Shown here in pieces: positions 9,818 through 18,575 of a stretch of DNA of 53,393 nucleotides. Origin of the DNA: a virus (Duplodnaviria > Caudoviricetes); the IMG/VR virus record IMGVR_UViG_3300042939_000264, positions 1 to 53,393 of that record; one strand, 5' to 3'. Position 1 is the stretch's first letter. Each line of letters starts with the position of its first letter. A program made the position numbers and the translations under genes. The notes under the pieces were generated by a model. That model was not told where the DNA came from and did not search any database. It saw only the letters and a program-made list of their open reading frames with translations.

Positions 9818-10693
9818 TTACCTTGCCTCAAATAATTCGTATTCCGCTGGGAACATATTTCCCTTCATAGTTCCACTCGGCTGGTAGATTCGCAGCCACC
9901 ACGCTCCCGTTGGCTTCGGTGGTTTGCCTGTCTCGATGTGCCACCCTCCGTATCCATCTTCGTATTCTTCTTTGTAGCCTGCGATCTTCACATGGGTCTG
10001 CCTTTCCTGCACCACCTCGTCAGCTTGGTTGAGCCTGATTCTCTGAATGGCGACCTGCCAGCTTTCGTGGACATGGCCCGTAGCTACGATATCTGCGTCA
10101 CTCACATACACAGCTTGGCGGTTCGTCTGGATCACTCCGCGCGTGACTGGGCCTCCTCCTCCGCTACCGTGGAAATACCAGAGCTTGATGCTGTTGTTCT
10201 GGCGATTGCCGTTGCTCACATGGAACCTGACATAGCCCGAGTAGCCTCCCCGCCTTGCTAGGCTTCCGTTGATTCTTAGTCTCTCTGCAAGTCGTTCAGT
10301 TAAGTCGGTTTCGTGATTTTTGTGGATGGCCGATTCGTGATTGCCAGTCCCGCGAACCGTGAGCAATTCAGCATAAGGTTTAAGATATTCCGCCGCTGTG
10401 GTGACTAGCGAGTCGAGATAGCTGTCGTTCTGATGCTCTGGGCGGATGTCTTTCTTGCTGGCCCTGCGATCATACTTGCCCTGCATCGCGCAGAAGAAGT
10501 CGCCGAAGTCTAAGATAGGCGCGTTCTTCTTCACCGCTTCGTCTAAATGCTTCTTTAGCTTCTTCCGATCACACTTGGGGTTGTCCCAATGCACATCACT
10601 TTGTAGGAGGAACCATTGTTCATCCCCGACTTTGGGCAGGTTAATATCGAATATGTGGACATTCCTGCTCGATTCTCTGAATTTCCAACTCAT
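9818..10693 (-). CDS. Calcineurin-like metallophosphoesterase
   Basis: Motifs SDVH, FGDFF, GNHE, FHG and GHVH in canonical order. Confidence 0.85.
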   Translation of the reverse strand: MSWKFRESSRNVHIFDINLPKVGDEQWFLLQSDVHWDNPKCDRKKLKKHLDEAVKKNAPILDFGDFFCAMQGKYDRRASKKDIRPEHQNDSYLDSLVTTAAEYLKPYAELLTVRGTGNHESAIHKNHETDLTERLAERLRINGSLARRGGYSGYVRFHVSNGNRQNNSIKLWYFHGSGGGGPVTRGVIQTNRQAVYVSDADIVATGHVHESWQVAIQRIRLNQADEVVQERQTHVKIAGYKEEYEDGYGGWHIETGKPPKPTGAWWLRIYQPSGTMKGNMFPAEYELFEAR

Positions 10694-11169
10694 AGATGTA
10701 GTTTCAATTCTTGCATGAACCTGTCATATTCTGACGGCTTCAAGTCGTTTTTCCGATTCGGGCTGACTGTGCGGTGATCAGTCACATCCTTTATCGTTAA
10801 CGATAGTTTCTTCATTCTGGGGAGAAGATACTCTATGGCTGATTCAATCTGTTCTTTCGTTAGAGGCTTTTCGTAGGTATCCCCGGCGAATGCCACCCCG
10901 AGGCTCCAGCTATTCAAGTCTGGCTTGCCCCTCCAGAAGCTCCTGCCTGCATGCCATGTCCTCTGGTTGTCGCCTGCCAGCACCGTGCGCTCTCCATTCT
11001 CTGCGATGATCACGTGGTAGCTGACCATGCTCTCTGGACGTGTGCACCAATCGACACTCCCTGCGTAGCTCCCTGATGTGTGGTGGAGGACTACAGCCTT
11101 GGGGGTGAGTATCCTTCCCCTAGAGAAGTTAGGGGTTTGCCGACTAACTTCTTTATACTTTGGCTTCAC
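10690..11169 (-). CDS. Endolysin, N-acetylmuramoyl-L-alanine amidase (Amidase_2)
   Basis: VLHHT, VSYH, TWHAG, N..SLGV and DHR.VSP.RK.D motifs; probable GTG start at 11169 overlapping the upstream TGA. Confidence 0.85.
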   Translation of the reverse strand: MKPKYKEVSRQTPNFSRGRILTPKAVVLHHTSGSYAGSVDWCTRPESMVSYHVIIAENGERTVLAGDNQRTWHAGRSFWRGKPDLNSWSLGVAFAGDTYEKPLTKEQIESAIEYLLPRMKKLSLTIKDVTDHRTVSPNRKNDLKPSEYDRFMQELKLHL

Positions 11170-11315
11170 TTGTCGCGGAGTGTCCGTGTCGGGATTTCGT
11201 AGCTGAATGTCCCGTAGTCTGTCGCGAGACCTATTCGCAAGGTTTCGCAGCCAGTCAGCAATAATATGACCAACATGCATAGCGCACAGAGTGCTATCAA
11301 TGCGCGGTCGTTCAT
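11166..11315 (-). CDS. Small lipoprotein (spanin-like)
   Basis: 49 aa; signal peptide with lipobox LLTG-C; inside the lysis cassette. Confidence 0.6.
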   Translation of the reverse strand: MNDRALIALCALCMLVILLLTGCETLRIGLATDYGTFSYEIPTRTLRDK

Positions 11316-11485
11316 TTCTCTTTGCGGAACACTTCGTATGCTCCGATGAGGCCGATGACCGCTGTGCTGATCGCCGTGAATTGCTCTGGCTCCAGCTTCA
11401 AGCCAACAAGCGCGGCGATGGTAGTAAGCCCAGCCCATGTGGATTTCTCTTTCAGTTTACCGAGGATCAAGTTTAGAATTTTCAT
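11312..11485 (-). CDS. Putative holin
   Basis: 57 aa, MKILNLILGKLKEKSTWAGL...; two hydrophobic segments and a basic C-terminus. Confidence 0.65.
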   Translation of the reverse strand: MKILNLILGKLKEKSTWAGLTTIAALVGLKLEPEQFTAISTAVIGLIGAYEVFRKEK

Positions 11486-11658
11486 AGTTTCGATATCTTC
11501 TTCCACATATACACACATGTCAAGCAGCCAGCGATCAAGCCGACGAAAGCGCCTCCGATTCGGAGTCCTGTCTCTAGGTGGGGTAGCATACTCACCAGCA
11601 CACCCGATAGACTGGTGGCGGTCCCAAGTATACCTGTGGCTGTAGGATGGTCGCTCAT
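11482..11658 (-). CDS. Small membrane protein (holin/antiholin-like)
   Basis: 58 aa; two hydrophobic segments; basic C-terminus; ATGA overlaps with its neighbours. Confidence 0.55.
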   Translation of the reverse strand: MSDHPTATGILGTATSLSGVLVSMLPHLETGLRIGGAFVGLIAGCLTCVYMWKKISKL

Positions 11659-11891
11659 GCCTTCGGCTCCCATTGTCTCTCCACGCGGTCTTCAAACCAC
11701 ACGACTTTCGGCTCCCACTCACCGTCTGCGGGCTTCTCGATCTTGACCAGCGGGACGATAGTGGGCGTGACCCAATCTTCCGGCGTGGGGTAGGGCGCGA
11801 GCGTGTCGAGGCGTGGCTCGTCGTTCTCGTCCAGCACGATGCTGACGAGTTCTTTCCTGCCATCTGTGTAGATTACTCCGTATGTTTTCAT
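11655..11891 (-). CDS. Putative tail fibre assembly protein
   Basis: 78 aa, directly downstream of the long tail fibre gene. Confidence 0.45.
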   Translation of the reverse strand: MKTYGVIYTDGRKELVSIVLDENDEPRLDTLAPYPTPEDWVTPTIVPLVKIEKPADGEWEPKVVWFEDRVERQWEPKA

Positions 11892-11894
11892 AGA

Positions 11895-14618
11895 TTATAG
11901 TCCGTAGGCGATTTCGACTGCATCCACGCTTGCCACCCAGCGCCATGTTTCACCAGCAATTCCGGTGACTTCCACGCGAAGGGCTTCCGTGGCTCCGACA
12001 TCGTATGCGCTCAAGGCAATGCTAGTGCCTGCTGCGTTATCGGAACCGATAGTGACGGGAGCATAGACTTCCGTGCAAGTGCCTGCGACATTCTTGAGCG
12101 CATACTGGCGCAGGTAGTGGGCTACTGCGGAGCCGTCGCTCTTGATGCCCGTGATGTTGATCGTGAGGCCGAGGACTTTCCCGCTGGGGATCGTGAGGCG
12201 GGTCGCGCTGCCGTCCAAAAATAGCTCGACTGCGGCGTTCGTCGTGGTCTTGTTCCGAAGAACGAACCGGGCGCGTTGGGCATCGCCTGCGGCTGCAAAG
12301 CCTCCAGAAGCATGGGACTGTTGCCCAAATCTATCTGCCAAACCACGGCGACCTCCTAAAATACTACCAATAGTTGCAGTAACAGAGTTTCCTTGCCCTG
12401 TTTCCCCTCCACCACCAATAAACCCTTCTTGTCCGCTTACCGCGTTAGAATGACCGCCAACAATGGCTGATCGGACGCCAGATGCCGCATTGCTCTGCCC
12501 GCCACCAATAAACGCATTTGCCTGCGAGGCATTATTGGATGAGCCGCAAACAACTCCAGAGTTTGTGAGTGAAGCTTGATTGCTTGATCCTGCTCCGATA
12601 AAAACAGAACCGGTTCCGCCCGTGCCAGTCACATTACTGCTGCCAGCACAAATTACGCTTGTCCCGTTTTCCGCGATACATTGATTGGATGATCCTCCGC
12701 CAATGAAATTGTCAATTCCATTACCGTTCGGATGACCAACGATATTTCCTGTTCCTCCGCAAATTATACCCCTCTGTGATCGAACTGTATTGTTTGTTCC
12801 AGAGCCAATAAATGAATTTGCCCCCAACGCTACTTGAGTGTTTAATGTTCTTGAAACTTGCAAGTCGATTGCATTGTTTCCCCTCGCATTCCCGCCAGTC
12901 GCCGTGCCGTCTGGTTTCGGGCCGAGGATGAACGCCCCCGTGCCTTTCGGCGTGAGGACGAGATCGGAATTAGTCGCGGTGGTGTTCTCGGAGAGGGTGA
13001 CATTCGTGCTGACGCTGTGACCTGTGAGGAGCGTTCCAGCGGTGATGTTGGTGGTGAAGTTGATCGCTCCGCCTCCAATGCTGGTTTCTACTTTGAATGT
13101 AGCTCCAGAGACTTCACGCACGAAGTAGTTCGTTGTCGTGTTGAGTCCTGCGCCACCCGTGAGCGCGGTGAAGCGGATTGGCTGTCCATTGGCGAATGCT
13201 GTTCCGGGTGCGGTAATTACATCCGTGCCTGCATCGCCCGTGATACCTGTGACGGAGACAATCGCATCTTCCACGATGAGTCCGCTGCCCTGCACAGTAA
13301 ACCCACCCGTCCCATCTGCGCGGGGGACTGCGTTGTCCACAGTTCCGACTGTTCCGCCGATACCTGTGATGTTGCCGCCAGAGACTGTGATGCCGACTGG
13401 GGTGAGTTGCTCCATCACACCCGTGCCTGCGGTGCTGCGGCCTACGATGCGGTTCGTGGCGATGCTGGTCGAGATGTCGGGTGTTGCGCCTCCCGAGCTT
13501 GTGAGCGGGGCGGTAGCGGTGACATTGGTGACTGCTGCGCCAGCGGTGGCGGTGAGTGTTCCTCCGGTAAGCGACAAGCCTACGCCTACGGTGATCTCTT
13601 CTGCTGCGCCGACTCCTGCGGTAGTCCGACCCAGCAGCCGGGCAGTATTCATCGTCAGCCCAGTCGTAGCGGTATACAGCCCTGCGCCGATCTTACCATT
13701 GAAGGCAGTCCAGTCTGAACTAGAGAGCGCACCGCGATTGGCTGCGCTTGCTGTGGGAATATTGAAGGTGTGGGTAGCGGCTGTGCTAGCAATGTTGAAG
13801 TCGGTGCCAGTAGTGCCAGTCGCAAAGAACTGAATTTGGTCGGTCAGACCATTGAGCGCGGCCAATCCCGTCGAGAAGGTGGTGATGATCTGGCTCTGGG
13901 TATTGCCTTCAGTATTCAGAGTGATCGTGTGCCCGCCCAAGCTGCTGCCAATCACGCGCACGGCCAAGCGGTCTGTGAGTGCGAGAGTGGTGCTAGCGGG
14001 GATGGCTACCGTGAGAAGGTGGATGTCTGAAGTGGTATTGGCGATAGTCGCCGCAGGGCTGGTCGTGCCGATCTGCGTGAAGGTGGCTCCGTCATACTTG
14101 TAGAGTTCCACCGCCAATTGCGGGTTGCCACTAGAGGTAAGGCAGTAAAGCTGAAAGGTGAAGTTGCCTTGCGGGATCAAGAGCCGATTCGGGTCGCCCG
14201 CATCCGTGATGAAGTAGGCGGTTGTATTGCCAGCGTTGATCGTAAAGTTGGTCTGCGCTGCGCCAGCAGGAACCTTGTTGATCTCGTAATACGGGTTACC
14301 AAGTATCGTGCCTTGGCTCACCGATCCGTTTAAGTAGTAGCTGACCGAGCTTCCTCCACCCGCTGCCACAGGGAAGTTCGCAATCGTGGCATCTCCCCGA
14401 ATATACTGATTTGCCAATCCATACCCAATCGCCACAGGACCGCTGACATCTTGGATGTTCAGAGTGCGCGTGGTCGTGGGGCTGATCGCGCTGGCTTCAA
14501 ACTTGAACCGCTTCGTCTTGTTCCCATCATCAAAGATCGTAAACTTGTTGTCGGGGAAGACTGGCGCACCCGGCGCGTTGTCGAGCTTACCTGTGAATGG
14601 ATTGAATTTGTAAGGCAT
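11895..14618 (-). CDS. Long tail fibre protein
   Basis: 907 aa, G/T/A-rich; GGG.SN repeats in the C-terminal third; mosaic base composition. Confidence 0.8.
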   Translation of the reverse strand: MPYKFNPFTGKLDNAPGAPVFPDNKFTIFDDGNKTKRFKFEASAISPTTTRTLNIQDVSGPVAIGYGLANQYIRGDATIANFPVAAGGGSSVSYYLNGSVSQGTILGNPYYEINKVPAGAAQTNFTINAGNTTAYFITDAGDPNRLLIPQGNFTFQLYCLTSSGNPQLAVELYKYDGATFTQIGTTSPAATIANTTSDIHLLTVAIPASTTLALTDRLAVRVIGSSLGGHTITLNTEGNTQSQIITTFSTGLAALNGLTDQIQFFATGTTGTDFNIASTAATHTFNIPTASAANRGALSSSDWTAFNGKIGAGLYTATTGLTMNTARLLGRTTAGVGAAEEITVGVGLSLTGGTLTATAGAAVTNVTATAPLTSSGGATPDISTSIATNRIVGRSTAGTGVMEQLTPVGITVSGGNITGIGGTVGTVDNAVPRADGTGGFTVQGSGLIVEDAIVSVTGITGDAGTDVITAPGTAFANGQPIRFTALTGGAGLNTTTNYFVREVSGATFKVETSIGGGAINFTTNITAGTLLTGHSVSTNVTLSENTTATNSDLVLTPKGTGAFILGPKPDGTATGGNARGNNAIDLQVSRTLNTQVALGANSFIGSGTNNTVRSQRGIICGGTGNIVGHPNGNGIDNFIGGGSSNQCIAENGTSVICAGSSNVTGTGGTGSVFIGAGSSNQASLTNSGVVCGSSNNASQANAFIGGGQSNAASGVRSAIVGGHSNAVSGQEGFIGGGGETGQGNSVTATIGSILGGRRGLADRFGQQSHASGGFAAAGDAQRARFVLRNKTTTNAAVELFLDGSATRLTIPSGKVLGLTINITGIKSDGSAVAHYLRQYALKNVAGTCTEVYAPVTIGSDNAAGTSIALSAYDVGATEALRVEVTGIAGETWRWVASVDAVEIAYGL

Positions 14619-14619
14619 C

Positions 14620-14910
14620 TTATGTCAAAGTTACGGTGTCGAGCAAAGCGTCGTCATCAGTTGGCACTCCACCCACATAAGTAAGCGTAAGTGTGCCGAC
14701 TGTAGTTCCTCCAGAACCTCCTTCTTTGAAGATAACAGTTCCGATATTGTTTGTCGAACCGATATAGTTGAGGTCGATGAAGTCGTAAGTAGGAATCGGG
14801 AATCCGCCCTCCGCTTCAACTGCGGCCTCGATGGCCTCTAGTTGTTGGAGGATTTCCCAGTTCTGCACATCAGGTGTGCTTTCCTTGAAGCAGTTTTCAG
14901 AGAGTGCCAT
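14620..14910 (-). CDS. Small virion protein
   Basis: 96 aa in the structural operon; shares SENCF with the upstream gene. Confidence 0.55.
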   Translation of the reverse strand: MALSENCFKESTPDVQNWEILQQLEAIEAAVEAEGGFPIPTYDFIDLNYIGSTNNIGTVIFKEGGSGGTTVGTLTLTYVGGVPTDDDALLDTVTLT

Positions 14911-14974
14911 ATATTAAAATTGGTTTGAGTAGTGAAGGATTGAACTTCTGCTACTCGTTATCGTTTCCGATAAT

Positions 14975-15262
14975 TTAGATTTCTGGTGGTGGAACGGGGT
15001 TGTAGGAATACTCCAACGCCTCGTTCAGGTGATACCATTGCATGTCCTCAGTCATTTGGACAAAGCAGTTTTCGGAGATTGGTTCGATTGAGCCGCCAAT
15101 ATAATGGAGGTTCACATAGAACTGATACATCTGGTTGGCTGGGGGCATTGCTTGGTAGCACCCCAAGGAAACCGTGACTGCATTTTCTCCTGCCGCTGCG
15201 TAGAGGGTGCGGAGCAACTGGTAGCTCCAGTTTGCGTAAGGTAGATCGGTAAAACAAGCCAT
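14975..15262 (-). CDS. Small virion protein with internal Cys-aromatic repeats
   Basis: 95 aa directly after the capsid gene; ACF / GCY / NCF repeated units. Confidence 0.55.
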   Translation of the reverse strand: MACFTDLPYANWSYQLLRTLYAAAGENAVTVSLGCYQAMPPANQMYQFYVNLHYIGGSIEPISENCFVQMTEDMQWYHLNEALEYSYNPVPPPEI

Positions 15263-15331
15263 AGATTTTATTCTGGTTTGCCCCGCTTGGAGGAGCCGGG
15301 GTGTCCCGACTCCTCCTTTGGAGCGTTTGGC

Positions 15332-16729
15332 TTAAGCGCCGGGGATGTCACCAACACCTTCGCAGTTGTAGCAATCCGTAGGATCGACAGGCGGGGTGTA
15401 TTCGTTCAGCGGGCAGCAGGAACCGTAGAGGTTCTTGGTGCGGGGCAGACGATGCAGGAAGACGTGGATCAGGGTCGGGTCTTTAACCTGCGCAGCGAGG
15501 CGGAATTGGGCTTGATAGTAGCCCATCTTGCGCCAGCGGTTGCACTCCCAATCGGGGTTCTTCCACTCCCAGTCACCAGCGTAGTTCTGGGCCATCTGCT
15601 GGGCTTTGCCGTATCCAGTAGCGGAAGGCATTGTCCATTTGACCATGGCTTTGTTGACCATAGCGACAGAGATGGCGAAGTCGGCGTTCTGGTAGTCCTT
15701 GTTCGGGACATACGAGCAACCGTTCTCCTGCACGACTTTGACGTAGCGAGGAACGCGCACAAGCACGGCCCAAGTGTCGGGGTCGGACGGGCTGAAGGGA
15801 CCAGCGGGTTGATCAGGAGCCGCGTTGAAGCGAGCCGCATTGATGTCATACCCGAAGGCGTAGTCGCCGATGACGCGGTTGACTCCGAGCTTGAGGCTGG
15901 AGAGGCGGGCGTCGAAGTCGGTGTTGGCATCCCAGTAGCCGTTGTTGCGCTTCGCTTGGAAGTAAAGGGCGCGGCCCACGCGAGGATCAGGGATAACAAT
16001 GTCGAGAAGCTGCATGCCAGTCGCTTCGTTGATGTCGAGGCGGAAGGCATCGTCTTCGTTCTGAAGCTCGATAAGAGCGTCATCCAACATGTCGAGCGAG
16101 AGGTAGGCGATCTTAACGAGATCGGCGGGTGCAACCTTCACTTTAACTTGGCAGAGGTCGTAACCAGCAGTAGAGCCTTCGCTGTGCTGCGGGATGAACC
16201 ACGCTTGATCGTCAAGGAGACCGCAGTAGGTGCCGTCATCGGTGGTAAGACCAACCCATTTGTGGCCAGCCTGACCAATGTAGTTCGCACGAAGGAACTC
16301 TTCATGGACGTTCTTGGTGATGCGGGCGTTGGACTCCTCGAACTGAAGAATCTCTTCGGCTGGGAACAAGCGATAGAGAAGGCTCTCCACGCAAATCCAG
16401 TCGGTGTGCATCTCTTTACGCAGAAGCTCGAAAGTGTAGCTCTCGGTGCCGGGGCGTTGGATGAGGGTGCTGTTCGTAGCGCAGCTATCGGTTTCGCAGT
16501 AGGTGTCCGTGATCTTGTTGAAGGGGGTGCAGGGATCGTAGAACCCACGGCCAAAGCGGAAGGCTTTTTGCTCGGTGGTGTGGTTGAGCGGCCAAGGCTG
16601 CTCCTCGAAGCGTTGGAAATAAACGCTGTTAGTGACGAGCTTCTTCACATAGAGATCGTTGAAATACTCACGACCTTCGCGGAAAAAGCTGTCGATCTCT
16701 TCACAGGAATTGAAGATGATTTGTGACAT
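15332..16729 (-). CDS. Major capsid protein (putative)
   Basis: 465 aa after portal and scaffold; strong codon bias giving an open antisense frame; own promoter and long leader. Confidence 0.75.
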   Translation of the reverse strand: MSQIIFNSCEEIDSFFREGREYFNDLYVKKLVTNSVYFQRFEEQPWPLNHTTEQKAFRFGRGFYDPCTPFNKITDTYCETDSCATNSTLIQRPGTESYTFELLRKEMHTDWICVESLLYRLFPAEEILQFEESNARITKNVHEEFLRANYIGQAGHKWVGLTTDDGTYCGLLDDQAWFIPQHSEGSTAGYDLCQVKVKVAPADLVKIAYLSLDMLDDALIELQNEDDAFRLDINEATGMQLLDIVIPDPRVGRALYFQAKRNNGYWDANTDFDARLSSLKLGVNRVIGDYAFGYDINAARFNAAPDQPAGPFSPSDPDTWAVLVRVPRYVKVVQENGCSYVPNKDYQNADFAISVAMVNKAMVKWTMPSATGYGKAQQMAQNYAGDWEWKNPDWECNRWRKMGYYQAQFRLAAQVKDPTLIHVFLHRLPRTKNLYGSCCPLNEYTPPVDPTDCYNCEGVGDIPGA

Positions 16730-16946
16730 ATGATTGATTTAGTTAGGTTTAATTTTTGGTTTTGTTAAACCCGCGTGGCAACCCAGAGGACCGCCAAGCG
16801 AGTGCTTGGTTCTCTGAGGCCGGATTCTACCCCTCTTTGGCTTGCGCCCAGTCCGGAAACAGCTTTTCATGCGAGTGCTGTTACTCGCCAGTCAGGATGC
16901 GACTGAATCCCTAATTGCTCGCGCTTTCGGATATCCCTATGCTCGC

Positions 16947-16974
16947 AACTTAATCCTCACGCAAATGCTGTCAA
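16947..16974 (-). promoter_or_regulatory. Sigma70-like promoter for the capsid gene
   Basis: TTGACA-N16-TAAGTT preceded by an A-tract. Confidence 0.55.
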
Positions 16975-16986
16975 ATGTTTTTTTAC

Positions 16987-17021
16987 AAAAAAAGAGGAGG
17001 AGCTTTTACACTCCTCCCCTT
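16987..17021 (-). terminator. Rho-independent terminator after the scaffold gene
   Basis: AAGGGGAGGAG-tgtaaaag-CTCCTCCTCTT followed by a T-run on the minus strand. Confidence 0.7.
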
Positions 17022-17040
17022 TCATGGTGTGGGATGGGAA

Positions 17041-18333
17041 TCAGACAGTAGCCAACCGTGGTCCGAACTTAGCTAGCTTTGCAGCCAAACCTTCTGGGAT
17101 GCTCACTCGTTGCTTGGTCTCTGTGGTGGCGGGAGCCGAGGTGGTCTTAGATGCACCCTTGAGCTTGTTGATATAATCGTCCTTTTCTTTCAACATCTCT
17201 GCCTGCGCTTTTACAAGTGCCTGTAGTTTTTTATAACTGCGGCCCTGATTGATAAGACGGTTCATCTCGTCCACGCTGGCTACCTCGTCACTCTGCTGAG
17301 TGGCGGCGAGGGCGATGGCATCATCTCGGCTAGTATCGAACTTGATGCCTTTCTCTTTCATGTATTCGGCGATGTCTTCGGCAATCTGAATCTCGCCCTC
17401 CACAGCTTGCGCTTGCTCCTTGTAGGAGTTGCGCCATGTGTTCAGGAACTCTGTGCGAGTTTTTAGCTCTTTCTCTTTCGCCTTGCGGGAGATTTCTTGC
17501 TTGGTGGTTTGGTAGTTGTAGAGAGCGTTGGCGTGGTTATCAATCGCTTTAAGATAGCTATTCAACTGGTCGGCGAAGCGGACCTGCTTGAAAGTATTGA
17601 GTTGGTTTGTCAATTCTTCCAATGCTTCATCTCGTTCTTGAAATGATTGCTGCCTATCTGCTTGATTATTGTTACTGTAAGCCGCAGCATTTGCTGTAAT
17701 GGCCCTATTGAATAATGCTTGGAGTTGCTGATCGCTCCCAAGAATCTTCTTGGCTTCATTATAACTTTCTTGGATTGGCGCGACATAGATGCGCTGAAAG
17801 TCTTCGCTGGCCGTGATGTCGTAGAACTCCACCTTACTCTTAAGGTCGGCGATTTCCTTTGATAGCTGTGACTCCAATTCAACTTTAGCCTCGTTGGCTT
17901 TATTAAGTTGATCTTGGTAGTGGTTGGCTTCTGCCGTTGTCTGGCTGTTCTTTACCAGTTCCTCAAGCTCGGCGATCTTCTGGGTATACTTGGGAACTTC
18001 GTCGGTCTTGAACTTCTCCAATTCTTCCTTGAGGCGTTTGTTCTCCTCAATCTGTTTTTGCACGAACCCCGGCTTTTTCTTTTCAATGCTGATCAAGGGC
18101 TTCTTCTCTTCGTTATCGTTACCGATAATTTCTTCCTCAGTATCATTTGATACATCCTCTTGCTGGCGACCCAACATAGGATCGTTGATGTTATCCGCGC
18201 TAGGCTTACCTTCGTCGGTTTGCTTTTGCGTGAACTTCGCAAGGAAGTCCGCCGTGTTTCCCTTGATCGGGATGCTTGCTTTGGCTTTGAGATCATTAAT
18301 GATCTCCGCTGTTTCGTTGTTGGTGTCGCTCAT
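17041..18333 (-). CDS. Putative capsid scaffolding protein
   Basis: 430 aa, charged coiled coil between portal and capsid. Confidence 0.65.
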   Translation of the reverse strand: MSDTNNETAEIINDLKAKASIPIKGNTADFLAKFTQKQTDEGKPSADNINDPMLGRQQEDVSNDTEEEIIGNDNEEKKPLISIEKKKPGFVQKQIEENKRLKEELEKFKTDEVPKYTQKIAELEELVKNSQTTAEANHYQDQLNKANEAKVELESQLSKEIADLKSKVEFYDITASEDFQRIYVAPIQESYNEAKKILGSDQQLQALFNRAITANAAAYSNNNQADRQQSFQERDEALEELTNQLNTFKQVRFADQLNSYLKAIDNHANALYNYQTTKQEISRKAKEKELKTRTEFLNTWRNSYKEQAQAVEGEIQIAEDIAEYMKEKGIKFDTSRDDAIALAATQQSDEVASVDEMNRLINQGRSYKKLQALVKAQAEMLKEKDDYINKLKGASKTTSAPATTETKQRVSIPEGLAAKLAKFGPRLATV

Positions 18334-18575
18334 AATTCTTTAAGGTCAGGGTCTTCGTTGGGATCAATCGCCGTTTGGGTGACGCCTTGCTTGGTTTTCT
18401 TAAACTGTTTAGGCACATCTTCGCCGAGTGAGCTAATTGAGTTTAAGATATACCTCACAGCGTCTATACCCGAAGAGGGCTGGGCTGTAAGTAACAAGTA
18501 GGCTTGTAATGCGTTCCAATCTTCGTGGTTAGCTATTGAACCACAAAGACTCTTGAGTTTGTTTGAATCTATCAT
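18330..18575 (-). CDS. Hypothetical protein
   Basis: 81 aa; ATGA overlaps with the portal and scaffold genes. Confidence 0.65.
   Translation of the reverse strand: MIDSNKLKSLCGSIANHEDWNALQAYLLLTAQPSSGIDAVRYILNSISSLGEDVPKQFKKTKQGVTQTAIDPNEDPDLKEL

Noticed and set aside
15278-16726. 482-aa plus-strand ORF antisense to the capsid gene
   Set aside because: Shadow ORF produced by codon bias; no recognisable motifs. The same applies to antisense ORFs over the portal and tail fibre genes
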